Shown here in pieces: positions 10,956 through 22,688 of a stretch of 64,000 nucleotides of DNA. Where the stretch lies: contig NC_081333.1 of assembly GCF_022539665.2 (NCBI RefSeq), positions 10,168,001 to 10,232,000 of the forward strand. Direction: 5' to 3'. Below the pieces are notes generated by a model. That model saw nothing but the letters and a program-made list of their open reading frames with translations, searched no databases and was not told the DNA's origin. Each line of letters opens with the position of its first letter. Position 1 is the first letter of the stretch. The translations under genes and the position numbers were made by a program. The stretch comes from Daphnia carinata. Its lineage: Eukaryota.

Positions 10956-11665
10956 TATGCACTTCAATTTTTTAAATATCAAATACCGTCTGGGGAATCC
11001 GAATTAAGTATAGCAATGTCATGTCATCCATCCAATCAATACAATTTATTCAGTGTCTTGCCCCAACCAAGAATCTTTTCAGATCCAATGTTACTATTAA
11101 CCTATATTGAGAAAAGAAAAACAACACCGTTAAACACATCAATTGTTGATCATGGAACTTACATGACTCATAGATTCAACTTCTGGTGGAAGCTTGGGAA
11201 AGGACATACAAATTGCAGATTAACTTCATTGTATAAGGCTCTTGAATGATAAACTAGCACCTGTAGAATGTTGCATTGTTGATAGTTGTGTTCCCAGTAC
11301 ATGAAAATCCTTTCCTATTGGATAAAATTTTTTTTGGTAGATAAGACCTGGTTGGCAAAAAGGAGGAGAAATTCTTCGTCATAAATTCAAAATTATTTGA
11401 AGAAAAATCCTTTCATACCTAAAGAGTCCATGTATGATGTTCATCTCTGCAATAGCAGCAAAATTAAAACATCTTTAGGGCCATTTAAGTACCCAGTTTC
11501 CCCAACACTCTGAACGTAAAGGACAAGTTGTTCTTTAGACAGAGAAGCAGAATTATTTGAGGCTTCTAGCTGTGACAGAACTATAAAGGATTGCTGTTGT
11601 ACTGGATTCATTAACACAAGATGGTACTTCTCATTAGGCAATTTGCATTACTCTATTAATTTACC

Positions 11666-12427
11666 TCACACCTTACGGTAATGCACTCTCAGTGTTTTTT
11701 CATCTGTAGGCTCACTCTTCCATCCTGTAACACTTCCAGACTTGATTTGATCCCCCGTTAAAATCTGTGAATGCAAAATAATAGCATTAAAAATACTTTT
11801 TCGATAGACAAAAAACCGAAAAGTACCTAATCCATGTTTCATGTTGAACTTGTGCCATTTCTGGGTTTCTGTACCACACCCATTTTCGGCCCAAATACGT
11901 TCCCACAATTGTTCAGTTCCTTCACTGCATGAGCTTATTACTAACGATTCTTTTAGTGCAGCACTAATAGAATTTAAATTTAACACACTGTCATGTGGTG
12001 GACTGAATAACTAAGCAATAAATAATTGTTTGTTAAAATTCTATACTTATTTTGAATTCTTATTTGAAAACTTTAGGTACCTGGCTGTGTTCACCTAATG
12101 CCAACTCATCCTCACGTTCAGTTAGAGATGAGTTTTGAAAAACCTCCTTCACTGTTTGGAAACTGTTCCGTTCCAATTTGTTCTTTTCCCCTAGCTGAGC
12201 TTGAAGACTCAAAATTTGAGCTACAAAACACGAATGAATAAAAGCAAATAAATAGAATCATTACGTGTTAGGCCTACGATCCTTAGCTTTGTTATCTAAT
12301 ATTTTGTGTTGTTCCAATAACTGGGCCTGCAGCTTCATAATTTGATCTAATAAACAATAATTAATAATTGAAAACCAATATAATAATGTTTATACTTACC
12401 ATTTTTTTGTTTTATTATCTTATCCAT
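11666..12427 (-). pseudogene. Arm gene copy (diverged subtype), right arm of A
   Basis: Reverse complement of the arm gene, ATG at 12427; ORF track 11666-11986 covers exon 4. Intactness uncertain. Confidence 0.5.
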
Positions 12428-12578
12428 TTTTCAATTGTTCCTCCAGCCACGCGTTGTTCTCCAGTCACGCTACTCAATTAACTGCTAATGGGATACAATT
12501 AACTCAAATTGCTTACATTCCTGTAATAACGAAACCGACTGATAGATGGCTACGGGTAGAAAAAAGAGAAAAAAGTGC

Positions 12579-12622
<44 letters not shown>

Positions 12623-12962
12623 GTAAAACGGATTGCCATAATTGCCATAGTTTTACACAAAAAAAAAAAATATTTCGCCAAAAAAAAAAAAAAAAATTAC
12701 ACTTTTTTCTTTTTTTCGATCCGTAGCCAGCTACCGGTCAGAATCGTTATTACTATGGCAATCCGTTTTACACAAAAAAAAAAAAAAATTTCGCCAAAAA
12801 AAAAAAAAAAATCGCACTTTTTTCTTTTCTTCCGACACGTAGCCATCTACCGCTCAGACTCGTTATTACTGGCGTAGGCAATTTCAGTCCATTGGATGCC
12901 ATTCGCAGTTAGTTCAGTAGCGTGGATGGAGAATAACGCGTGAATGGAGGAACAAATGAAAA

Positions 12963-13538
12963 ATGGATAAGATAATACAACAAAAGGATGGTAAGTATAA
13001 ACATTATTATATTGGTTTTCAATTATTAATTATTGTTTATTAGATCAAATTATGAAGCTGCAGGCCCAATTATTGGAACAACACAAAATATTAGATAACA
13101 GCAAATCTAAGGATGGTAAGGGCTTATACGTAATGATTCTATTTATTTGCTTTTATTCATTTGTGTTTTGTAGCTCAAATTTTGAGTGTACAAGCTCAGC
13201 TAGGGGAAAAGAACAAATTGGAATGGAACAGTTTCCAAACAGTGAAGGAGGTTTTTCCAAACTCATCCCTAACTGAACATGAGGATGAATTGGCATTAGG
13301 CGAACACAGTCAGGTACCTAAACTTTTCAAATAAGAATTCAAAATAAGTATAGAATTTTAAAAAACAATTATTTATTGTTTAGTTATTAGTCTACCACCT
13401 GACAGTGTGTTAAAGTTAAATTCTGTTAGTGCTGCACTAAAAGAATGGTTAGTAATAAGTCCATGCAGCGAAGGAAGTGAACAATTGTGGGACCGTATTT
13501 GGGCTGAAAATGGGTGTGGTACGGAAACCCAGAAATAG
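12963..13538 (+). pseudogene. Arm gene copy with premature TAG, left arm of B
   Basis: ATG at 12963, same splice sites, TAG at 13536-13538. Confidence 0.55.
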
Positions 13539-14437
13539 CACGAGTTCAACATAAAACATGAATTAGGTACTTTTCGGTTTTTTGTCTGTCGGAAAAGTAT
13601 TTTTAATGCTATTATTTTGCATTCACAGATTTTAACGGGGGATCAAATCAAGTCTGGAAGTGTTACAGGATGGAAGAGTGAGCCTACAGATGAAAAAACA
13701 CTGAGAGTGCATTACCGTAAGGTGTGAGGTAAATTAATAGAGTAATGCAAATTGCCTAATGAGAAGTACCATCTTGTGTTAATGAATCCAGTACAACAGC
13801 AATCCTTTATAGTTCTGTCACAGCTAGAAGCCTCAAATAATTCTGCTTCTCTGTCTAAAGAACAACTTGTCCTTTACGTTCAGAGTGTTGGGGAAACTGG
13901 GTACTTAAATGGCCCTAAAGATGTTTTAATTTTGCTGCTATTGCAGAGATGAACATCATACATGGACTCTTTAGGTATGAAAGGATTTTTCTTCAAATAA
14001 TTTTGAATTTATGACGAAGAATTTCTCCTCCTTTTTGCCAACCAGGTCTTATCTACCAAAAAAAATTTTATCCAATAGGAAAGGATTTTCATGTACTGGG
14101 AACACAACTATCAACAATGCAACATTCTACAGGTGCTAGTTTATCATTCAAGAGCCTTATACAATGAAGTTAATCTGCAATTTGTATGTCCTTTCCCAAG
14201 CTTCCACCAGAAGTTGAATCTATGAGTCATGTAAGTTCCATGATCAACCATTGATGTGTTTAACGGTGTTGTTTTTCTTTTCTCAATATAGGTTAATAGT
14301 AACATTGGATCTGAAAAGATACTTGGTTGGGGCAAGACACTGAATAAATTGTATTGATTGGATGGGTGACATGACATTGCTATAGTTAATTCGGATTCCC
14401 CAGACGGTATTTGATATTAAAAAAATTGAAGTGCATA

Positions 14438-14804
14438 TCTGGGCTCCCTTCTTTTCTGAAGCCCCGTTTCCCCTTGACTCATAATAAGCCCGTAGGGGGT
14501 CATGCCCCTACTGTACGGTATATATAAAAACAACATATACCGAGGTTTGGAGGGCTCTGGCCGGAAAGGGGACGTGGGGTGCCGCTTCGTCCGATGATGT
14601 GTTCACGGAGGGTGACGTGGCTGCCCACAAATCCGAACTAAAGGTTAATCGCTCCTGTAAAAATGTTCCATATCTTCGGCTCTTCTTCCGGCTTCTCTTA
14701 GCCAATCACCGGGTAATCTCCCCGGTGGGTCAACAAGGCAGTGTCTCCCCCTGCCTGGGTTGACGGCAACTTTTGAAAGGGGTATTGTGCCTTTTTAAAG
14801 TTGC
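14438..14804 (+). ncRNA. Copy of the structured segment (B left)
   Basis: Near-identical to 9300-9667. Confidence 0.4.
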
Positions 14805-15010
14805 AAAAATAATTGTGATGTGCAGAGAAATGTCAATAAAATTTTTTTTATAAAATAATTTTTGCAAAATTCGTTTCTTTCATTGTCTGTGTTAACTTTG
14901 TTCACACATTGCATTTATCAATTTTTTTTTTGGCTTTGCTTTATTTGTTTTTGTCACATTAGATGGTAAGGTGACGGGTATTGGTTTATCGTTTATCTGT
15001 AAGCATTCTA

Positions 15011-15434
15011 TTATTATCCAGGGATCGAACCCTGGATGTTCGGCATACCTCGCCGATGCTCTACCAATGAGCCACGAATCATATGATTTTAAGTTGGCTT
15101 TTTTTTCTAGTCACTTGTGGACTTGCATTTACACTTAGAATAAAACTGAAATGCAATTCTGCAATATACTCTTCTACATTATTCTACTTCATTTTTAATC
15201 ATCTACTGAGGTTTGAACCCAGGGTAACAGGTATCGCAGATAAAAGCTCTACCACAGAGCTAAGAACCTTATGGAAGCAATAGAAAGATAAACATATAGT
15301 TGTGAAAGACTGCATATGACGATGACGATAACATATGATATGCGATAATAAAATATTTAGATATATCTCGTGGCTCAATGTTAGAGCATCGGCGTTGCAC
15401 GCTGAATGTCTGGGGATCGGTTCCCATACGAGTA
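15011..15434. pseudogene. Cluster of three tRNA-derived units in the B spacer (15011-15081 -, ~15199-15269 -, 15364-15434 +)
   Basis: Reverse complement of the A spacer. Confidence 0.65.
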
Positions 15435-15721
15435 AAACGTAATACAAAATTACTTCATAAAATATCCAGATTGATATTTAAATCTAAGTTGAAGAATTCA
15501 AAGAGTGTAATAAATAATACTTACAGATAAACGATAAACCAACGGAAACAATGCTTACCATCAAAGGTGACAAAAACAATAAAGGTGAATTAAGCAAGCT
15601 AAATATAAAAAGTGTAACGTGTGAACACAGCGAATACAGACAATGAAAGAAACGAATTCTGCAAAAAATATTTTATAAAAAAAATTTTATTGACAATTCT
15701 CTGCACATCACAATTATTTTT

Positions 15722-16088
15722 GCAACTTTAAAAAGGCACAATAGCCCTTTCAAAAGTTGCCGTCAACCCAGGCAGGGGGAGACACTGCCTTGTTGACCCA
15801 CCGGGGAGATTACCCGGTGATTGGCTAAGAGAAGCCGGAAGAAGAGCCGAAGATATGGAACATTTTTACAGGAGCGATTAACCTTTAGTTCGGATTTGTG
15901 GATAGCCACGTCGCCCTCCGTGAACACATCATCGGACTAAGCGGACCCCCACGTCCCCTTTCCGGCCAGAGCCCTCCAAACCTCGGTATATGTTATTTTT
16001 ATATATACCGTACAGTAGGGGCATGACCCCCTACGGGCTTATTACGAGTCAAGGGGAAACGGGGCTACGGAAAGGAAGGGAGCCCAGA
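15722..16088 (-). ncRNA. Copy of the structured segment (B right)
   Basis: Reverse-complement copy. Confidence 0.4.
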
Positions 16089-16984
16089 TATGCACTTCAA
16101 TTTTTTAAATATCAAATACCGTCTCGGAAATCCGAATGAAGTATAGAAATATCATGTCATCCATCCAATCATTACAATTTATTCAGTGTCATGCCCCAAC
16201 CAAGAATTTTTTCAGATCCAATGTTACTATTAACCTACACTGAGAAAAGAAAAACAACACCATTAAGCATCTCAATTGTTGCTCATGTGACTTACATGAC
16301 TCATAGATTCAACTTCTGGCAGAAGCTGGGAAAGGCCATACAAATTGTAGATGAAAATCATTGTATAAGGCTCTTGAAGGATAAAATAACACCCCTAGAA
16401 TGTTGCATTGTTGATAGTTGTGTTCCCAGTATGCTGAAAATCCTTTCCTATTGGATAATTTTTTTTTGTAGATTAGACATGGTTGGCAAAAAGGAGGAGA
16501 AAAGCTTCATCGTAAATTCAAAAATTTTTCAAGAAAATTCCTTTCAAAGCTAAAGAGTCCATGTATGATGTTCATCGCTGCAATGCCAGTGAAGAGAAAC
16601 ATCTTTAGGGCCATTTAAGTACCCAGCTTCACCAACACTCTGAGTGTAAAGGACAAGTTGTTCTTTAGCAAGAGAAGCAGAATTATTTGAGGCTTCTAGC
16701 TATAACAGAACCATAAAGGATTGCTGTTACACAGGATTCATTCACACAAGATGGTACTTCTCATTAGACAATTTGCATACTCTATTACTTTACCTCATAC
16801 CTTAATGGTAATGCACTTTCAGTGTTTTTCAACTGTAGGCTCACTCTTCCATCCTGTAACACTTCTAGACTTGACTTGATCCCCCACTAGAATTCTGTGA
16901 ATGCAAAATAATAGCATTAAAAATACTGTTTCGATAGACAAAAAACCGAAAAGTACCTAATTCATGTTTTATGTTGAACTCGTG

Positions 16985-17561
16985 CTATTTCTGGGTTTCC
17001 GTACCACACCCATTTTCAGCCCAAATACGGTGCCACAATTGTTTAATTCCTTCGCTGCATGGACTTATTACTAACAATTCTTTTAGTGCAGCACTAACAG
17101 AATTTAACTTTAACACACTGTCAGGTGGTAGATTGAATAACTAAGCAATAAATAATTGTTTGTTAAAATTCTATACTTATTTTGAATTCTTATTTGAAAA
17201 GTTTAGGTACCTGACTGTGTTCGCCTAATGCCAATTCATCCTCATGTTCAGTTAGGGATGAGTTTGGAAAAACCTCCTTCACTGTTTGGAAACTGTTCCA
17301 TTCCAATTTGTTCTTTTCCCCTAGCTGAGCTTGTAGACTCAAAATTTGAGCTACAAAACACAAATGAATAAAAGCAAATAAATAGAATCATTACGTATAA
17401 GCCCTTACCATCCTTGGCTTTGCTGTTATCTAATATTTTGTGTTGTTCCAATAATTGGGCCTGCAGCTTCATAATTTGATCTAATAAACAATAATTAATA
17501 ATTGAAAACCAATATAATAATGTTTATACTTACCATCCTTTTGTTGTATTATCTTATCCAT
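16985..17561 (-). pseudogene. Arm gene copy with premature TAG, right arm of B; upstream region interrupted by the P-like element
   Basis: ATG at 17561 on the minus strand, stop at 16987-16985. Confidence 0.55.
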
Positions 17562-17582
17562 TTTTCAATTGTTCCTCCAACC

Positions 17583-18961
17583 CATGGCCTACTCTAATAA
17601 CGGCCTAACAACGCGCAATACCCCCAGCGCCTAAAACTGCATTGCCAGAGGGGCTTAATACCCCAAATCGAGCTCCACTTTCCACTGTTTGGTAACAAAT
17701 ACACACTTGAAATGTGTGGAAGGAAGCTGTGGAAGTGGAATTTTTTTTTCTTTTTTTTCTAGTACTACAGTAGTACCGCTTTCTCAAAGAACATATATCC
17801 CAATAACAATAATGATCCCAATATATCCCATTTCACATAAATCAAACAATAAGAACACGGTTGAATTTTCAAGGTTTTTTATTACTTCTGAAGTTTTATG
17901 ACTTTTCTTTTCTTTGGTTTGTTAGACACAACTGGAATTTTATCAAATTGCACTCTAAACCTCTTTTCTTCAGTTCACAGAACAGCAAGGAAAAATTTTT
18001 TACACAAAAAGATTCCAAAATACCACTAACATTCATGGAAGAGTTGGCCACAGATATTGACGGGCCACTTGTATGGAAATCTGGATAAATGTTACCAGAG
18101 ACAAACTGTTTTTCATGAGGTGTTGATTGCCTATTAAAATCAGTAGGTGGTTCACATGCAAAGTCTTGATGAAAGTGGGAATGCATGGTTTGTTCTTTCT
18201 CCTAAAAAACATAAATATATTGGTTAAACATATTAGCGGGACATGTCACAATCTGAATTTCAAATCCTTACCAAACTTGTTGAAGGAATAATACTACCAC
18301 AGGTAGACTTCGTTCCTGGAAATTCTGACCGTTCATAGGAATTGGAAACCAATGAACCCATTGCGTGGGCATTTGCCTGAAAAGGAAAAATGTTTCTGTT
18401 ACACAATTATCACTGTACATAAGAATATTGCATGTCGAAGTAACCTCATGAAGAGTAGTAGTGGATGGCCATGACCGGAACAGGCTTGGTACTGCGTTTT
18501 TCAGCAATTTGTTTTTTTCATTATAGCAGTTAGGTTCAAAGTGCAAACTGCAAATGCGGAGGTCTTTGTGTAATTTAAAATATTTGGAAAAACCTGTTAT
18601 TGCACTGTTGGATGCAAATTGACGAAGCCATAGTTCAATTACATTTTCGTTTCTTGGCCAACGAAAGAAACGAAGATTATTTTCTTTATTTGCGTAACTT
18701 GAACTAGAACAAAATAAAACGCAACACTTCACTCTCATTTAAAAAAAAAAACTACCCTACACAAAAAGCACTAATCGCGACTGAGACGCTGTCCACTTAA
18801 ACAAGCATTGCCGAGCAATGGCAAAAATCAAGAAAATTTTAATGGGTGGAATTACGCTTTGGAAAGTGGAATTCAATTTGGGGTATTAAGCCCCTCTGGC
18901 AATGCAGTTTTAGGCGCTGGGGGTATTGCGCGTTGACAGGCCGTTATTAGAGTAGGCCATG
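17583..18961 (-). mobile_element. Non-autonomous P-element-like transposon (1379 bp)
   Basis: ~100-bp imperfect TIRs beginning CATGGCCTACTCTAATAACGGCCT; perfect 8-bp TSD CTCCAACC (17575-17582, 18962-18969); empty site visible in sister arms (e.g. ~25743); encodes a THAP domain. Confidence 0.92.
17896..18738 (-). CDS. THAP-domain protein, 3 exons, ~234 aa, no transposase catalytic core
   Basis: C2CH THAP signature CCVLFC...FFRWP...W...ICSLHF...AVPSLF. Exons 18738-18445, 18376-18272 and 18201-17896 join in phase 0 via GT-AG introns. Confidence 0.8.
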
Positions 18962-20172
18962 CTCCAACCACGCGTTATTCTCTCCATCCACGCTACTGAA
19001 CTAACTGCGAATGGCATCCAATGGACTGAAATTGCCTACGCCAGTAATAACGAGTCTGAGCGGTAGATGGCTACGTGTCGGAAAAAAAAGAAAAAAGTGT
19101 GATTTTTTTTTTTTTTTTGGCGAAATTTTTTTTTTTTTTTTGTGTAAAACGGATTGCCATATATTACTGGCATGTCAATTTGAGTCCATTGGATCCAGCC
19201 ATTCCACTTCTAGGGATATTACCCTATTTAGGGGGATTTAAGGAAAATTTTTGGAATCTAGGGTGCAGTTATGGAAATCTAGGGTTTCCGGGGTTATCCA
19301 GGGCCTATTTAATTTTCTGGGGATTTCTCGGGATTTTGAGATTTTTGGCCAAACCGCTGTTGCTTTTGGCGCTTCTATGCAACTTCAAAAGTAAAATGTT
19401 CCTCAATAAGAGCCACCAAGCGGACAATGGTGAACGGTACGCTTGCAGAAAGTAACACTGACTAGGATACACCACGAACTCCATTTGATCCTCCAAACGT
19501 CTGTGCCAAACATATCGCACGCCGAATTTTTTAAGACTCAAGTCTCCGACTGAATTTCTGACAAGCACTTGACCCAATTGCAAAAGCTGGGGAGAGTTCC
19601 TTGAATATATACGTAGGAATTACGAATCTATTTTGTTCAACCATGAGGAACAATTTGTTGTTGAGACATGATGAACCCGAGGCCTCTCACACAAGTTTGT
19701 TATCTAGGTGAGCAACACACTGTTCATTGGGAAACGCTGTGATTCTCTTGAGGCTTTATAACGTTGAAAGTTCGATGACAATTATTTTTGGAAAAAACCA
19801 TATCTTTATTGCTTAACTAAACAAATATGATGGGGCAATCCGATGGTTTTATTTCCATAGCCAATTTAAATTTTTCTGGTAACTTGTTTGGCTTTGACGG
19901 GCACTGGTTAATTGCTTTAAAAATGTGTTCGATTTAATGCTGTTCTAAAATAAATAAAATGGGTTATTTTATTTTTTTTATTTACATTTATAAAAGTAAT
20001 AAAATTTTTTTTGAAGCAATGGCGTCTATAAGAACCGAACACGGACAGTCGACGTATGATCTCAGTGCTATACCACAGCGCCCTACCACAGCGCGACACC
20101 ACTATTAGTCACATATTATATAGCTCCGGTATTAGAACGAAGGTCGATGAAAAATAAATTTGTTTGAGATGT

Positions 20173-20245
20173 GCGGTCCTGGCACAGTGGTTACCACCTT
20201 CGCTTCGCATTCTGAAGGCCCCGGGTTCAAGTCCCGACACCGCCA
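20173..20245 (+). pseudogene. tRNA-Ala(CGC)-like or SINE-head sequence
   Basis: Box A TGGCACAGTGG (20180-20190), GCTTCGCAT loop, box B GGTTCAAGTCC (20224-20234) and GCGGT/ACCGC acceptor pairing. A purine-rich A/G tract follows at ~20346-20448. Confidence 0.65.
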
Positions 20246-20945
20246 ATTTCCCCCCCTCCCTTTCCCTCCAAATCTTCATTCAAGATACGCAAGATTCATC
20301 GGATTACGCAAGCTTCTACAACAGATCAAGACGCAAGATTCCTTCAAGAAAGAAGAAAAGAAGAGAGAAAACAAGAAGAAAGAAAAAAAGAAGAGAGAAG
20401 AACGAAAAGACAAGAAGAAAGAAAAAAAGAAAAGAGAAAAAAGAAGAGCCATGCCTACTATAAAGGGGCTAAATGGCACACCAAAAAAAGCCTTGCCAGG
20501 CTAAAAATGGCAAAAATAGCCTTGCCAGGCTAAAAATCGATCTGTAGTACTGTTCACTACCTTGAAGATCGAACCACAAGCTGAAAGGTAGAGAAAAGGT
20601 GATCGTTGAACGTAGGCTGTTCGTTAGCCTCCCCACGGCCTGAAAGACGGCTCGTGGATGCAGGCAGCTTATCATCGGGATACGTGACCCAATTCGCTAC
20701 CCGTAAGCTTTTGTTGTTCCTTTTTGTATCTAACACCACCACTTTGCGGAAACGATGGAAGAAATGGTGAAGTTCAAGCATGACAAGCATGAACGAGTGT
20801 AAGTTTTGTAAGTAAGAATAGCATAGAACATACAGAATGGTAATATTATTTATTTACAAGCTAATATAAGCCCGAGTTCGAATCTAGCCCTCATTTCTTT
20901 TTCCCTTTCCTACCGTAAGCTGGCCACGCGCGGCGCTAGGTTCCG

Positions 20946-21046
20946 GGAAAGTGGAGCTCGGTTTGGGGTATTACGCCCCTCTGACAATGCAGTTTTAGGC
21001 GCTGGAGGTATTGCGCGCTGACAGGCCGTTATTATAGTAGGCCATG
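20946..21046. mobile_element. Solo terminal inverted repeat of the same P-like family
   Basis: Highly similar to 18861-18961, ending GTAGGCCATG; no partner TIR found. Confidence 0.85.
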
Positions 21047-21226
21047 AAAGTAACAGGGATTTTTCTGGGGATTTTATTTTTTTAAAATAAGGATTTATGT
21101 CCCCAGTCTGGCAACGTTCTAGGGATACCACTTTGCGGAAAGTGGAAACACTGATTGGATCCCATTGTCAGTTAGTCGAGTAGCGTGGGTGGAGAAAAAC
21201 GCGTGGCTGGAGAAAAATATGTTAAA

Positions 21227-21954
21227 ATGGATAAGATAATAAAAGATAAGGATGGTAAGTACAAAGATTATTACATTAGTTTTCAATTATTAATTATTGT
21301 TTTTTGGCTCTAATTATGAACCTGCAGGCTCAATTATTGCAACAGCAGAAAATATTAGGTGACAACAAAACCAAGGATGGTAACACGTAATGATTGTATT
21401 TGTGTTGTTTTATTCATTTTTGTTTTTTAGCTCAAACTTTGAGTCTACAAGCTTAGTTACTGGAAAAAAAAACAAGTTAGAACGGGACACTTTCCAAACA
21501 GTGAAGGAGGTTTTTCCAAACTCATCCCTAACTGAACGTGAGGATGAGTTGGCATTAGGCGTACACAGTCAGGTACCTAAACTTTTCAAATAAGAATGCA
21601 AAATAAGCATAGAATTTTAACAAGCAATGATTTATTGTTTAGTTATTCAGTCCACCATCAGACAGTGCGTTAAATTTAAATTCTGTTAGTGCTGCACTAA
21701 AAGAATTGTTCGTAATCAGTCCATGCAGCGATGAAACTGAACAATTGTGGGACCGTATTTGGGCTGAAAATGGGTGTGGTACGGAAACCCAGAAATGGCA
21801 CGAGTTCAACCTAAAACATGGATTAGGTACTTCCCGGTTCTTTGTCTATCGAAAAAGTATTTTGAATGCTATTATTTTGCATTCACAGAATTTTAGCGGG
21901 GGATCAAGTCAAATATGGAAGTGTTACAGGATGGAAGAGTCAGCCTGTAGTTGA
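21227..21954 (+). pseudogene. Arm gene copy (third subtype), left arm of C
   Basis: ATG at 21227; the intron-1 acceptor reads TTGG rather than TTAG; exon 4 is open (ORF 21706-21954). Confidence 0.5.
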
Positions 21955-22688
21955 AAAAACACAGAGTGCATTACCGTTAAGGTGTGAGGTAAAGTAATAG
22001 AGTGATGCAAATTGTCTAATGAGAAGTACCATCTTGTGTTAATGAATCTGGTACAACAGCAATCCTTTATAGTTCTGTCACAGCTAGAAGCCTCAAATAA
22101 TTCTGCTTCTCTGGCTAAAGAACAACTTGTCCTTTACGTTCACAGTGTTGGTGAAACTGGGTACTTAAATGGCCCTAAGATTTTGCTGCCGTTGCAGAGA
22201 TGAACATCATACATGGACTCTTTAGGTATGAAAGGAATTTTCTTCAAATAATTTTGAATTTATGGCAAAGCATTTCTCCTGCTTTTTGCCAACCATGTCT
22301 AATCTATAAAAAAAAATTTATACAATAGGAAAGGATTTTCAGCATACTGGGAACACAACTATCAACAATGCAACATTCTACGGGTGCTATTTTATCATTC
22401 AAGAGCCTTATACAATGATTTTCATCTGCAATTTGTATGGCCTTTCCCAAGCTTCTGCCAGAAGTTGAATCTATAAGTCATGTAAGTCACATGAGCAACA
22501 ATTGAGATGCTTAATGGTGTTGTTTTTCTTTTCTCAGCATAGGTTAATAGTAACATTGGATCTGAAAAGATTCTTGGTTGGGGCAAGTCACTGAATAAAT
22601 TGTAATGATTGAATGGATGACATGACATTTTTATACTTCATTCGGATTCCCGAGACGGTATTTTATATTTAAAAAATTGAAGTGCATA

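Larger units (their letters stand above)
6245..12649. mobile_element. Element A: ~2.2 kb inverted arms plus a tRNA-like spacer, with an extra ~1.4 kb partial arm
   Basis: Starts TATGGCAATCCG at 6245 and ends GGATTGCCATA at 12640, plus a 9-bp duplication to 12649. Flanked by GTTTTA (6239-6244 and 12650-12655). Arms ~7781-9870 and ~10388-12640 are reverse complements. Confidence 0.85.
12754..19161. mobile_element. Element B: same family, spacer inverted relative to A, carries a P-like insertion
   Basis: Termini TATGGCAATCCG (12754) and CGGATTGCCATA (19161). Perfect 6-bp TSD TATTAC at 12748-12753 and 19162-19167. Removing B restores the single ...TTATTACTGGC seen in other termini. Confidence 0.9.
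19196..21153. mobile_element. hAT-like non-autonomous or composite insertion (1958 bp)
   Basis: 8-bp TSD ATTGGATC (19188-19195, 21154-21161); imperfect TIRs CAGCCATTCCACTT and AAGTGGAAACACTG; subterminal (T)GGGATTT motifs at both ends; removal restores the arm sequence. Confidence 0.75.

Noticed and set aside
10857..11249. 130-aa ORF (and relatives at 14144, 16191, 22422, 24311)
   Set aside because: These are antisense to the splice-signal pattern of the arm gene, their lengths and starts vary between copies, and they show no recognisable domain.
19305..19920. Possible transposase remnant inside the hAT-like insertion
   Set aside because: The frames I translated are broken by stops and contain no motif I can assign.
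20160..20504. Lys/Glu-rich 114-aa ORF
   Set aside because: It is a translation of the tRNA-like head plus the purine-rich tract.
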